NCBI GenBank assembly: GCA_004431415.1
Contig: QPMI01000428.1
Location: 372,001-436,000 of the forward strand
Direction of reading: 5' to 3'
Source of the DNA: Cyanophora paradoxa CCMP329
Lineage: Eukaryota > Plantae > Glaucophyta
DNA length: 64,000 bases
In this document: piece by piece, positions 1 through 13,500 of the stretch
Numbering within the stretch: position 1 is the stretch's first letter
Layout of the letters: each line of letters opens with the position of its first letter
Notes under the pieces: generated by a model
Told to the model about the DNA's origin: nothing
Databases searched by the model: none
Seen by the model: only the letters and a program-made list of their open reading frames with translations
Made by a program: the position numbers and the translations under genes

Positions 1-110
1 ATGACTCACGAACGGTACTGCCGTACCCCCGGACTCCGGGACTCGCTTAGTTCGAATTCCGGGCAGTGTTGCCAAGTTGATTCTCTTATCATGATTCATG
101 AGTGATTCAT

Positions 111-370
111 GGCCGCGGGCGCGGCGCGGCGCCGACGCCCCGCGGCCGCGGGGCCGGCGCGGGCCCCGCGGCCGCGGCCCGGCGGCGGGGCCGGCGCCGG
201 CGCCCAGCTGCAGCGGCCGCTGGCGGCCCGCGCCGCGGCGCGCCGCGGGCCGGCGGCCGGCCGGCGCCGCGGGCGCCGGTGATCGCGATCACCGTGGCAC
301 GGATCCCCGCACGATTCGCGATCGATCGCGCGTGCCGGCGGGCCCGGCGCCGGCGGGCCGCGGCCGCGGG
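111..370. repeat. near-pure G/C low-complexity tract
   Basis: Long stretches made almost only of ggcc/gccg/cgcg words. Similar tracts at ~34036-34250 and ~57443-57537, all intergenic. Confidence 0.8.
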
Positions 371-1526
371 CTCAATCGACGTACGCGTCGACCGGACCGG
401 TACCGGTGGACGGCGGTGGTCTGGTAGTACCGGCCCGGGGCCGATCAGCTTCGAATTCGCATCGCCGAGTCGGAGCATGATCGGTTATACGCGTACGCGT
501 AAATATGTATACGTAGCCCTACGTGTACGTACGGCGCACGCACGGCGCTCGGTAGAGCACGCGTACGCGTACGTACACGTTTAAAATTTTTAACGTATAC
601 GCGCGCGTGCTGCAGTTGGCCGATGGCCATGGCTGAGGTACAGCTGCAGTTGCGCCGGCGACCAGCTCTGTATACAGCTCATGCCATGCATGTGATGATC
701 GCAGATATGCTCATGATCGTGCGCGGGCTACTGCAGCTAAGTCTACGTATACGTATACGGATATGATCTTCGGAGGCTGATCTCTCGCGATCGGATCCCC
801 GTTGTCGCAGTGCGTGTGCCGCACTCTTATACTCCAGGTCGCATGATCTTATACTCCAGCTAGCGCTGCAGGTCCAGATTACACCCCTAACGTTAACGCA
901 GCGACGGATCATATTCACGATCAACACCTGACATATGCATCGATATCGAGGTCCGGCGCTCATAAGATTGCCTGAGGCCCAAGCCCGCGCGTAAGGCGGC
1001 TGGGCTGATTATGCAGGTTTCGAGCGACTGCCGTGCACACGTACACGAAATCTGATACGTATACGGAGAGCTGCCTGCGGCGGGGGCATGCGCACTGCGG
1101 CAGCTACAGGTTTGTGGCCCTACTCAACCATGACCGCTGCATGTTTGATTTCTTGCAGCTGGTCATGAGACTCATCGTGGAAGCAGCTAATATCATATGG
1201 CATCGATTCCACGAACCTCCAAGATCCGTCAAATATCATAAATGCACACGATCTCACATTCTTGTTCAGAGTGCTCTAGATCATGTGCGCTGACTTCTAA
1301 ATTTCGCTGCGCTTCAAACATCCTGTCCGTTTTTGGTGTTGACTTGCGCCAGTTAGCCCTGCAGCTGGTATCAACGATTGATTGCCCCTAAGTGCATATT
1401 TAATAAACTGACTTGAGCTTATTTTATTTCGGTGCTCTTTTTTCGTTCACTCGCGGTGTACATGTGTAACTGCACAAGTGCACGCCCCACTGACAATGAG
1501 TCGGCTCCGAAGAGTTCTAGATTTCG

Positions 1527-4500
1527 ATGGCGAGTAAGTCGCTTCGATTTCTGCTGGGTGCTGTCCTCGTCGCTTTTGCACTTGCAATTGGTGCGTCGCT
1601 CTTTATTTGTATATTTAAGCAGCGCACCTCGCGTGGGTGAAATTTAAATTATCGATATCCGCGCAGGCCTAGGGCCCGTGCCCGTGGCCGCGCAGGGACA
1701 ATCGCAAGTGCGGCAGTGCTCGAGCGTCGGCGCGGGCGACGAGCTGGCGCGGCTATGCGAGTGCAGCGCGCCGGGCGGGGCGGACTTCGTGCTGCGCGTC
1801 ACGGCAGCGACGAACGAGACGCTGCTGACGCGGACGGCCAAGGGACAGCTGCAGGCGATGGTCAACTTCGTCGCCTCCGGCAACGCCTCCGCCTCGGTCG
1901 CGGGACTCGAGATCCTGGCCGTCCTCACGGGCTCGGCCCCCGCCCCCAACGCCCGCCTCTGCGTCATGCTCCGACCCGCCGCCGGCGCCGGCGCCGCGCT
2001 GCCCGCCCCCGCCGAGCTCCTGCCGGCGTTCAGCAGCCAGTCAGGAGCGGACGGCGTCGGCTCCGACGTCCCCTCCCTCGTCTCGCGCTCTCTGCTCGAG
2101 GCGGCCGGCCTCGAGCTCGACCCCGCCCCCGCCGGCGCCTCCACCCCCACCGCCGCCTCGTTCCTTCAGCTCGCCGCATTTGCCCGCCCGCCCGTCGCCG
2201 TCTACGACGGCTCGCCCAGCCCGTCGCCCTCGGGCAGGCTCCTCCGCTTCGACGCCGAATTCGCGCCCCTCGCCGCCCGCGCGCTGCAGCCCGTCGGCCT
2301 GCCGGCCCCGCTCCTCCACTCGGCGACTTTCGCGCTCGCGTACACGCTCGCGGGCGGCATGCCGGCGGCCGTCGAGCTGGCGGCGGGCGTCGACGTCGCG
2401 GGGCAGCGCGTCGAGCTCTCCATGGCCACTGCCAGCGGCGGCTCCGGCGCCGGCGCCGGCCTCTTTCATCTCTGCCATGTCTTCGCTGAAGGGTCGCCGC
2501 CCTCCCTCTCCGCCGCCTTTGCGCAGTTCGCCGCGGGCCAGTCCCTTGATGCGGCCTTGGACGCCGGCATCCCCGTCGCCGTCCTCTCTGACTCTGTCCG
2601 CGACGGCGCCTCCTCGCTGCCCCTCGCCCGACTCTGCCTCGTCCTCTCCGGCGGCCACTCACCCGCCGCCCACGTCGACCTGGAGGCGCGCCTGGGCGAA
2701 GGGCAGCCGGCCCCCGCGGTCCCGGGGTTCCCCTGCGCCTCCTTCCAGTGCCGCAGCCTCGTGATCGCGGTCGTCCTCGCCGCCTCCGCCTTGCCCGCCG
2801 CGTCCACCGCCTGCGGCCTCGCCCTCACTCTGCGGGTCGACTCCGTCGACTACGCGTCCTCCTCGGGCTCCGTCCGGCCCCTCCCCGCCACCGCCTCCGG
2901 ATTCTCGCTCGACGCGCTCTTCTCCGGTTCCGGCGGGCCCTCCATCCGCCGCGCGCTCGAGGTCTGCAAGGGTCCGCTCCCCGCGGGCCTCGCCCCCTCC
3001 AGCTACGCCCTCCCCGTTTCCGCCCCGCAGGCGGCCGCAGCCGCCGACCCCCTCGACGCCCCCGCCGCGCGGGTCCGCTTCGAGTGCGCGAGCGCGTCCG
3101 GGCCCTCCTCCGTGTCCTTTCACGCCGCAGCCTCCGCCGCCGCCTCGGGCCCGCTGCTCGCGGGGCGGCTCCGCCTCGAGTCGTCTGGCGTCGCGTTCGG
3201 CGCCGACTCGGCCTCCGCGCGCCTCTCCGCATCCCACACGGTCGCCCTCGTCGCCCTCGGCGGCTCCGGCTCTGTGCTCGAGCAGCGCTACGCCCTGCGC
3301 TCCTGCACGCTGCGCCGGGCGGACTTCTCGCCCGGGGCGGGCGAGGGCGACCGCGAGCCGTGGGTCGGGGCCTGCGCCGCCTCAGTTTGGGACTCGGTCT
3401 CTCTCAACGTTTTCCTGAGCGCCTTCGACGCCGCTGCCGCGCAGGCCATCCCGGTGCGATCCCTTTCATATTTCGAATGCCTGCATTTTTCGCGGAATTT
3501 GATCCTGACGCATCCGGCGCAGCTGGGCCCCTCACTGCCGCAGCTGAACGACACGGCGGGCTACGCGGTGAAGGCGGTTTCGTTTGGCGTGGACGCGGCG
3601 ACGGGGGAGCTCTTATACGTGCGGGCCGACACGGGGACGGGCCCCTCGCTGGGGGCCGGTTCCTCAAGCGTGCCCTCCTACGCGGTCCTGCCCCGGGCCG
3701 TTGTCCTCTCCCGCCTCGCGGCGCAGGTGCTGCTCGAGTTCGAGGGCGGCGCCGGCGGCGCGCTCACCAACTCGACGTACGCGCTCTCGGGCTGGGCCGC
3801 CGTCGGCGTCGGCGCCGGCCTCGCGATGGAGGGCCCCGTCGACATCCGCCGGGCGCACGGCTCTGTCGCCAGCCGCGGCGTTGCGCGCCTCGCCCCAACT
3901 TCGGGCGCCGGTCAGGGCGCCACCGTCGGGGACCTCGTCGAACTCCTCGCCTCGGCCGCGAGCCACGCCGGCCCCACCGACCCGCCCGTCCCACCGGAGC
4001 TGCTCGCCGCCGTCGATTCCGCCCTCGCGCGGCCCGCGGCGGTTCTTGAGCTCGTCTTTGGCCTCTCCGGCATCGACCGCGCGTCCGTCGCCTTCGCGCC
4101 CTCCGCCCCGACCGCCCGCCTCCTCGCCGGCCCCACCGGCACTACCCTCGACCTCGCGATCTCCGCCGCGTACGTCGACGTGCACTTCCCGCAGGACGCC
4201 GCCGCCCTCGCGGTGCGGTTCAGCTTGGCCGCCAACCTCTCATTCTCCGCCCCCGCGGCCGGTGCCTCTGCCGTGGGCAGCTGCTCCTTCGCTGGGCTTC
4301 CCACGCTTGTCTTTCACGGGGCATGCACGCTTGACCAGCCGCTCTCACCTGCCCAGCTCCTCTCCGCCCTGGGAAGTCCGCCCCTCGCCGACCCCGCGCC
4401 GTCCTCGGGCGCGGCGGCTTGCGCCGATGTATCCTCGAAGAGCGTCTCGGCTCTGTCGTTCGCGTGGGGAGAGGCGGGCGGCGGCGGCTTCTTGAGGCAC

Positions 4501-7500
4501 GTTGCAGGGCTCGCTCGCTGCCCGGCGCCCGCGCCCCGGCGACCCTTTCTCTCCGGCCTCTCCGCGTCAGAGTCCGTTGCTCTCCTGCTTCCGCTGGCAG
4601 ATGGCGGCTCCGCCGCCTCCGCCCGCTGGCTAAGCTCGCATGACGCGTCGTTCAACTTCTCGTCTGCTGTCAGCGCCAGCGTGAACGTCACCCGCTCCGC
4701 CCGGGCCGCAGTCACGGTGTGGCACCCCTCGGCGGACGCAGCGGCTGTAACTGCGGCGCTCTCCTTTGATTCCAAAGTATCGCTCTCGGGCCTTCTCTCT
4801 ATTTTGCGGTGCCCGGTGCGCCGGGCCGTGCAAAATGACCCGCGAAAGGAGCTTTTCGCAACAGCCGCCAATTTTCTGTGCAGGCGGCGTGTGTTCTGGA
4901 GGGCGTGACAAGCACGACGCTCGCATCGGCGTGGGAAACGCAAGAGGCGTGGCTCGTGTGGGCTAACGCCGCCGGCGCTGACGCCCCTGCCCTCTACGCT
5001 CGCTTTGCACGTGCGATCCGGCGCGCCGCTGCGTCCACCACACCTCTGCTTACTAGTACGTCCTCCGTGCAGTGTCGTCAGCGCTGGACCTGGCGCCGGG
5101 CCTGGCGCGGCTGGAGAACGTAACGATGCACGCGCTGATCGACCCGCTCTGCGGCGTGAGGCTCGCCTACGACGGCGAATTTGTGCTCGGCGGCGCGCAC
5201 GGCCACCGCGCCCGCGGCTCTGCCTGGAGCAGCGGCTCCGCCCCGCCGGCTGCCTTCCTCTCTTCGCCCCTCTCGCCGCGGGAAGTTTTTGCGCTGCTGG
5301 GCGGAACGCTCGACTTCGACCCGCGGGGCGACGGCCCGCCAGCCCTCCGGGCCGCCATGAACGCCACTTCCGAGCGCGTGGCGCTCCTGTGGGGCGCCGC
5401 CGACGCGTCATGGGCGGCAGAGGCGGGGGAGGCGCAGGTGCAGGCGGCCCTCACCTCGCGGTTCGAATTCGACGCTCTTTCGCTCGTGGCGGCGGGGTCG
5501 GCGAACCTCGTCGGATTCATGGGCGTGCCCGCGCCCACCGTCGGAGGCGCGACGCAGCCGCCCTTCGAGCTGCCGTCGGCGCCGGCCGCGCTCGCGCCAT
5601 CGCTGGAGATCGCCGCCTTCGTGGCGAACCAGACCTTCCCCCAGTTCGTCGGGCTCGCCGCCAACAGAGAGTACCTCTACGGCCTTCTCTTTGCGGAGAG
5701 TCTCCCACGCCTCCGCGCTCCCGGCACCCCCGCCGCCGCCGACCTCTCCGCCATCTCTCCCGCCCTCGCCAGCGCTTCGAAGTGCGTCGCCAGCGCAGCT
5801 GCGGCCGGCAAGCTCGAGCTCCGTTGGGTTCGATCAGACGTCGCGCTGCCGGCGGCGGTGGACCTAAGCGGGCAGCCCGCCGTCTGTTCGGGCAGCGGGG
5901 CCGGCGTCCGTCCGCACCTGCTGTACGCCTCAGCTCCGACCGCCTTTTACGCAGTCGCCGACGTGTCTTACTACGCCTCTCTCAACGCGTCCCGCGTCGG
6001 GGCCCCGCAAGCCTTTGTGCGGGCAGCCACCTGCCTCGCGGACGCGTCGGACTGCGCCGCCGCGACGTCGACCGGCGACACGACGGTGCAGATGGCGGGC
6101 GAGTCGACGGCATTCTGGACGGGGCCAATGTCTTCGTCCCTGCAGCGGGCGCTGACTGCCTTCGGCCTCGCTGGCCTCTCCAGCGAAGCGGAGCCCGACA
6201 GAGCGGCCTGCGCCGCCCTCGACTGGGCCCTCCCTCCCTTCGTGCAGGCCTCCCTCGAAGGGAGCGCCGTTTGCTCCTGTGAGCCGCGCTCCGTTCGGGG
6301 CAAGGTCGAGTCTGGCGCGCTGGTGAATGTCACGTTTGCGTGCGGCGTGTCGAGCTTCGGTCTCGTCGAGAATGCCGCCGAGTTCGAGCCGAGCGGCGCG
6401 ATTTCGCTCTTCTTCTACGCAAGCGGAGGCCCCACAGTTGCCTTCGCTCTCCAAGGAACCCTGACCTTCGGCATCCTGCCGCTGGGTCCCATCGCGACGT
6501 GGAGGGTACCCTTTGCTTTTGCAGGGGAGACGCCGGACCCCCGAACGGGCGTCTCGGCTTGGTCCGGAGTTGGATCGTACGCACGAGACGACACTAGTGC
6601 GCCGTACATGTGGTTGGCAACGGTCGCGCTCGACATAGTCTCACCCAGCAGTCTCGACGATGTTTTCAACCTGCCCTCGGTACGCGTCGTGCCGCCGCGC
6701 TTCGCCAAATTTCTTTTTGTCTCTGAGGCGGTCGCGGGCTGTGAATGCACAGGACTTGCCGGGGACTGGTTTGTACACGTGGGTGCAAGAAGTGCGGCTC
6801 AACTTCAGCGACGGGAACTGTCATGCGCGGCCCTCCCTCAACGCGCTGGCTCTGTCGACGGGCACCTCCATCCCGACCTTCAGCTGGCCCGGCGTGCTGC
6901 AGGCGCGCACGTGCACCGCCTCGCCTCGACCCGCCCCGCCCCACCTCACTCGACAGATTCGCGCACGCAGATTGTGGAAATCAAGCAGACGCACTCCTTT
7001 GGCCTCGCGCCCGCCAACGAGGAACCCGATATTAATGCCGAATCGAACGCCGCCACCGACGAGCTGGAGAGCATGTTCCCAGACAATCGCGATCGCGAAA
7101 AGTGGAAGGCGCGGGACACAGTGTGGGAGCAGGTGAGAGCATTAATGTTAGCTTCCGTCTGAATTGCATTCAAATTAAGCATCATGTCGGTACTCGAGAT
7201 TCACGCGTGCATGCAGATTTTCGCGAACCTGTTGGGCGAGAGCGGACCCCCCGCCCCCAGTTGCACCGAGGCGCTGGCTCCCGAGGCGTCTGCCAGCGAC
7301 ACTGTGGCGCTGGATGGCAGCTTCAGCGTCTCGTTTTCCGCCATCGCAGTTCTCGCGGGCACTGTTCCTGTGCAGATCTCGATCTCGCGTGCCAGGGACG
7401 AAACGTTTCATGCAGAGGTCGATCTTGGCGGCGCTGGAATGTCCGTCGAAACGCTGCGAGCCGCCATGCCGGGCGCCTCCATCTCGCCGTCCGATTCCAT

Positions 7501-10500
7501 CAGGTGCTCAGAATCCGCGTCTTGACAGCTGATATCGATCGATATCATGCATATGAGCGAATGACCGCGTCTCGCAGCTCCCAGTGCTCGTACACGTCGG
7601 CGTCAGTGGGATCGCTTCTGCTGGACTGGAACGCGACGCGTCTGGAGCGCGCCTCGATCCTCGTCGACGCGCAGTGGACGAAGAACTGCTCCTTCGCCGT
7701 CATCGGAGACGCCTTTCGCCTCTCCCGCTTCTTCGTCCGTGTCGACCTCGTCCTCGAGTGGCCGCCGAGCTCGCTTGAGACGAAGGCGAACGACACGATT
7801 GCCAACACGACCACAGCAGCCACCGCCAGCATCAGCGCCGCACTCAACGTGACTTGCACCGCGAACCGCACGGCATTTACCTCGAGCCCTGCAGCGCGCA
7901 ACGCCAGCTCTGCAGTGAACGCCAGATCGAATTTATCGAGAAATGGCACCGCCACATCATCAAGAAACGCCACTAAGCCTAGGTCTAGAGACCCCTGCGA
8001 TCGCAACTGGACGCTTGTAGCACCAACCGAGGAAAACTCTGAAGCACGGTCTCTGTGGCAGTACGTGCCAAACGTGCAGCTCGGAGATCTTGGAATTCAG
8101 GCCTTCGCTCGTATGGAGCTGTTGGCGGATAGAGTCTTCGCTGTGGTCGGGTTTCGGAAGCAGCCCGGTGGCTGCGTGCAGGCCGCCGTCAGCGTGCGAG
8201 GTCTCTCCCTCTCGTCTGTAGTCGGGTACATGAAGGGCTCCGCCTCGGGAAGCGACCTCGCAACGGAGCGCGTCCCGTCGCAGCTTCCCTTCGCCCGAAT
8301 CGTGGCGGCCCTCACGCTCCGCCGGCTCAGCTTCGCGTACGGCTGCTCGCCCAAATTAGATAACGCCACTGCGGTCGACTTCTTCATCGATGCGAGCGGT
8401 CCGCGTGCTCTTTATATATAATTTCAGTCCTTTCCTGGCGCACTTCCTGGCGCTAATTAAATAATCGCGCCGTGCATATTCCTCTGCAGTGGACTACCAG
8501 GTGGTCTCTCCTCTCATCGAAGGCCTTCCGATCTTTCTTCGGATGGATCGCCTTGCTGTTCAAGTCTGCACTTCGCGCTTTGCTTCTAGTATACGTACCT
8601 GTCAGTCAAACTGAGCTTTTGTACAGATCCGCTGGTATGGAAATCGGACATGGAAAAGCGGGCTGGACTTCTCTGCCGCGCTCATCATCGCTGGCCGCCT
8701 CTCCAACAACATTTACGTCAACCTGACCATCAGCGGCATGCTCAAGCGCGACATCGACACCGGAAATTTCACTTATTTGCACCGCATCGAAGCTGACGCC
8801 GGAGACTCGCCCGCCATGGCGGGGAGCGTCAGAGCTGGAGACCTCTTGAGGGCGCTCGGCGTCGGCGCCAGCACCGTGGACTCTCTCGTGAGGATGGACG
8901 GCACGAGCTTCCCGCAGCGAGCGCTGCTCGAGAGCCTGACGATAGGAGGCCTGAACATCGAATGGAGGCGGGGTGAAGGGGAAGATTACGTCTCGGATCT
9001 GCACCCCACCGTCTTTATACCACGCAACATGGGTCCCTTCCCCCTCGTCACGGCGGGCGGCGTGAACTACCTGTCTTTGGTAGACCTTAACGTGACATTT
9101 GACGTGTTCTTCGAGAAGGGTCGCCTTCTCGGCGTCGGCGTCGCCGCCCTTTGCACGCTGCGCATCGCTGGGAAGATCGACATCGAGCTGCTTCTGAAGC
9201 GCGATCCGCCATTTATTTCGAGCGATGGCTGGTACGGGCGGGCATCCCTGACGGGCTCGGGCGGTGCCGGAGTCCTCAGCCTCTGTGATCTCGAGGATCT
9301 CTTTGGCGGTAGCCAGTTCGACATTCCTCTTGGTTTCCCCACGGAGGTGCGCGCCCGTACGCTGTTTTGTGCCCACCTACATTTCGTTTTACATGCCTTT
9401 GCACACAGGCATATTTATGCAACCTCGGCATCCGCACCATCGACGTCGTCTTTGCCAGCAGCCGCATTGCGAATATTTCTGTCGTTGCTGGTTCACGCCC
9501 TGGCCACAAATTTACACTGCCAGGAGAATTGCTTGTCGTCGAAGACTGGAGCTTTGGCGTGGTTGTGCAGCGTGCAGCTCTAGATCTGCAGGAACCAGAG
9601 CCGGCGCCAAGTGCTGGCGGAAACGGAAGCAACGCTGCCAGTGCCCCCAAGCGAAGTCGGCAGCTTGGTTATTTCTTCGAAGGTTTCGCCGGCTTCTCTT
9701 CAGGAGCGTTGACAGGCCTTCGTTTGGGCCTGCGAGCCGAGAAGGCGGCGAATGACGATCTTGTTGTCGCGACGCTGTCGTTTACAGGGCAGAGCTCGAC
9801 TGTTTATGTAGGGGATGCTCTCAAGCTCTTCGGCGAAGAAACACCCTCTGTCGCGCTGCCGCCCGACCTTCCTAATTTCATGGACAGTACACGGCCTGCC
9901 GGGCAGCTTTCTTTCGCTTGGAAAATCGCCAAGGACTCCGAGAACCCTGGCGGCCTTGTTCGTGCAGAGGTCCGAGCCCGCAGTGCTGCGGGTGAGTCGA
10001 CGCGAACAAACGGGGCAGGCCTCGTCATGCGCGACTGGACCTTCCGCTTTGCGATGGACCGCAGCGGTGGAAATTCGACTTGGTCTGGCTCCGCGTCGGC
10101 GACAGCGGATGTGTACGCCTGCAGCGCTGGCAGCCCCTCCTTCTCGATGGTCGCCTCGCTCGCGATCGGCATAGCGCGGGAGGGCGGCAAGACGGCCGTG
10201 AAAGCAATCGATGGCAGACTTGCTCCGCTCGATCCCGCCCGCCCGATCATCCTGGGCGACGCCGCCTCGGCGCTCTGGTGTACAGGCAGAAGCCTGACCG
10301 GCGCCGTCGGACTCCCCACCGAGTGGGTTGCTCCGGACGCTCTGAACGCCGTCCACGTAGACGGCATCGACCTTATCTGGAGCAGCGGTGGCCTGGGCTC
10401 GCTAAGCATGCAAGTTTCATGGGATCAGCCGCTCGGCATCTCCAACATATTCGAGCTTCGCGACACGAAAATCCACCTAATTGGTGCCCTTATGTCTTGG

Positions 10501-13500
10501 TCTTCTCTCACTGAAATCACAAATAAATTGCAAAGCTAATCATGAGTCGACGTCGCAGTCGGATTTCCGGCAAGCGTCTCCAACATCAACTTCACGCTTT
10601 TCAGCACGCTTGTCATCTCGGCTGGCGCGGGCCCGTCCCTTACAGTTGATGTGGTCATCGAAAAGGTTCGAGGCTGCTTTTTGCGTGCGACGTTGCGATC
10701 GCTCACGACGTCGCTTGCCTCGCTAGGGCGCTCCCAACTCGTACTACTCGATGTTCGCAAGCGTAGACGTGTCGGACGCGGGCGCGCCCCTTTCGCTGCG
10801 CACGCTGGCGAACGCTCTCGGGTTCGACAACGCGTACCTCGCGAGCGCCGGCGTCGACGGCGCCTGGCTCGACGTCGCCATCAAGCAGCTCCAGCTTGGC
10901 TGGTCCCGCGAGGCATCCCGCCAGTTCCTCTCCAAGGTCGTCCTCGGTCTCGAGTTCACGGGCGGCGTCGGCGTCGGTGGCGTGTTCAACTTGGATATCA
11001 CCGGCGGCAAGCCGCAAATCGAGATTGACATCGACGCGAACGGAAAGTCGAGGCTCGTCTTTCGCGTGCGCGCGACTTGGCGCTTTGGTGGAACGACCAT
11101 CGATCTGGAGATCACACAAAAAGGATCTGAATTCGTCATGGTGGGATCCCTCAACGAGCTTTCCCTTGGAACGGTCCTTGACGGTCTGGGCGCCATCGTC
11201 GGTTCGACCCTCGACATTGACGCTAATTTCCGCGATATCGTCGGCTCGCTTGCCGAGGCCAAGCTCACCAACATAAATGTGGGCTTCCCTCGCCTTCGAA
11301 TATTAGCGTCGCGGCTTTATCTAACAGCACCTGCAGCTCGGGATCGCGTACAAGAAGTCGGGCCCTGTCTTTGCCTTCTCGGCGGGCGTTCAGAACTTCG
11401 GCGCACTTCAGGACTTCGTCCTTCGGGTACAGCTTCTCTACGGCAAGACGGGCGGCCGATACGCGTTCCTCTTCGCCCTCGCACTACAGGTTCGAATTTG
11501 CTTTCTCGCGCCACAATGTTCACTTTTGTTTTCGCCCATTATCGCTGATCATTGACATCAGGTTCCGCGGCTACAAGAGTTCATACAGGAAACGCTAAAA
11601 ATAGGACTGGACGCCGACGCCCTCGCTGTGCTCGGGAGCGGCAAGATCGGCCTCATGGTCGCCACTCAGGACGTCGACCTCTCTTCCGTAAAGGTCTCTT
11701 TTTGTAAATGCATACCGACATCGACATTTCCCGCCTCACGGGCGTTGGGTCCTGCCAGGACGTCGTCGTCGACGTGGATGCGCTGCCTTCCGTTGCAGGC
11801 CTCACCATTCCCAGAGGGTGCGCTCTCGTGGCCGTGTACTAAAGTTCGTGCGATTTCTGCAGAATTGATTTCTCGTTTTTTTGCGTTGTTTTCGTGAAGA
11901 TTCGTTCTGGTGTTCGAGATCACTGGCAGCACCGGGGGAAACGCGCTCCAAACCCTCATATCCGGTCCGCTGCCTTCTAGATTCTCGTCCCTCGAATTTG
12001 TGGCTGACTATATATATCGCTATCGATAGACGCGGGCCTTCCTCGCATCACAATACTGGCGTCGGTCTCGGACCAGGGGGTCAGGTTCCGGGCGATCCTG
12101 GGCGACATTCCGATCCGCGGTCTCCTGCTCCAGAACGCAGCGCTCGGAATCGACATACTTGTCAGCGGAGTCTCCGTGCTCGTCGAAGCGAAATTGAGGG
12201 TGCCTGCAATCTATATATATAATTTTACGATGCTGTGGAGTAAAATAAATAGCTCAGTCCGATTAAGTTGATTCATGACCTTGTCTGCAGCTGCCATTGG
12301 ACGGAAAGTACCTCTACCTGTACGGAAAAGTCGGGATTCAGTTTATTCCGACGCCCGCATTCGAGTTTGCGTTTGGCTTGGACGCGACTGAGAGCGTCTG
12401 GACGCAAGCTCTGGGCATTCGATTCCTCTCCGTTTACTACTTTTTCTTCCGCACGAAAATAGAACTTGCGACCGGAATTCCCGTCCCATCGCTCCTCGAG
12501 ATTGCCGCAGACGTCGTCATCGGAAAGGTCGAAAACTGCTTCGACTCGACAGGGAAGAAGCTCCGCACAGTCCTTCCTCCCCGCAAGTGCATCCTGTTTT
12601 CGGGGGCGATCGGCATGAATCTGGTGGATTGGCGCGAGTTCTACGCCTACGTTTCCGCCTCGTCTGTCACTCTAGGGTCTATTCTTGGGGCCGTCTTCGA
12701 TGTGGATACCTCCAGGTCTGCCTGCCTGCCTGGCTGTAGTTATAAATCCGTGCGTTAAAATTGTTTACTCACATCGTGTGGCAGCTGGCCGGATTTTATT
12801 GCAAACACAGGATTCCCGAACGGTCTTTACTTCTCGTACGCGCTCGTGAGTGGAAAAACGGCGGTCAAACAGGGCGAGATAGTCCCGATACCCCCGGGCA
12901 TCTTCCTAAAAGGAACCGTCAACATCCTCGGATTCGAAGCGCACGCAGAGGTGGCCGTGTCGTGGATCATGCCGAACGTCTCTGCGTTCGCGAGTGAGCT
13001 TGCTATGATTTCAAACCCATGGCATCAGCAACATCTGACCCGCATCCGATTCGCAGAGCTTGAGATTAGTCCGATGGACTTTTTGGGGACGGGGCTTCTC
13101 GTCCTTCGGCGTTCCAGGGCAGACGCGAGCAGGGGGCCTCTTTTCTCTCTAGACATAGAGGTGTCGCCCAGGAGGAGGTTCGAAGTCGTCTTGATCGGCT
13201 ACGTCAAATTGCTTGGGGTCTTCGAATCTGAATGTGACGTATACATCTCAAGCGCGCGATCGTGCGGTTTTTTGGAATTCTGAATAGCCCTTTTTGTTCT
13301 GCATTTTGAACACAACCGTGCGCATGCAGCCAAGTAAAGCTTCACCTGTTCGTAAGCCTTTTCGGGCTGATGGAAGTCGACCTCAACATTTTCTCGCAAT
13401 TCGGACCCGGCCGTCCATTCAAGTTTCGAGCCTACGGCACGGTCCAGCTGGGGCAGCCACTCATCGGTTGGATCACAGATGCCGCCGACGCCCTCAAAGG

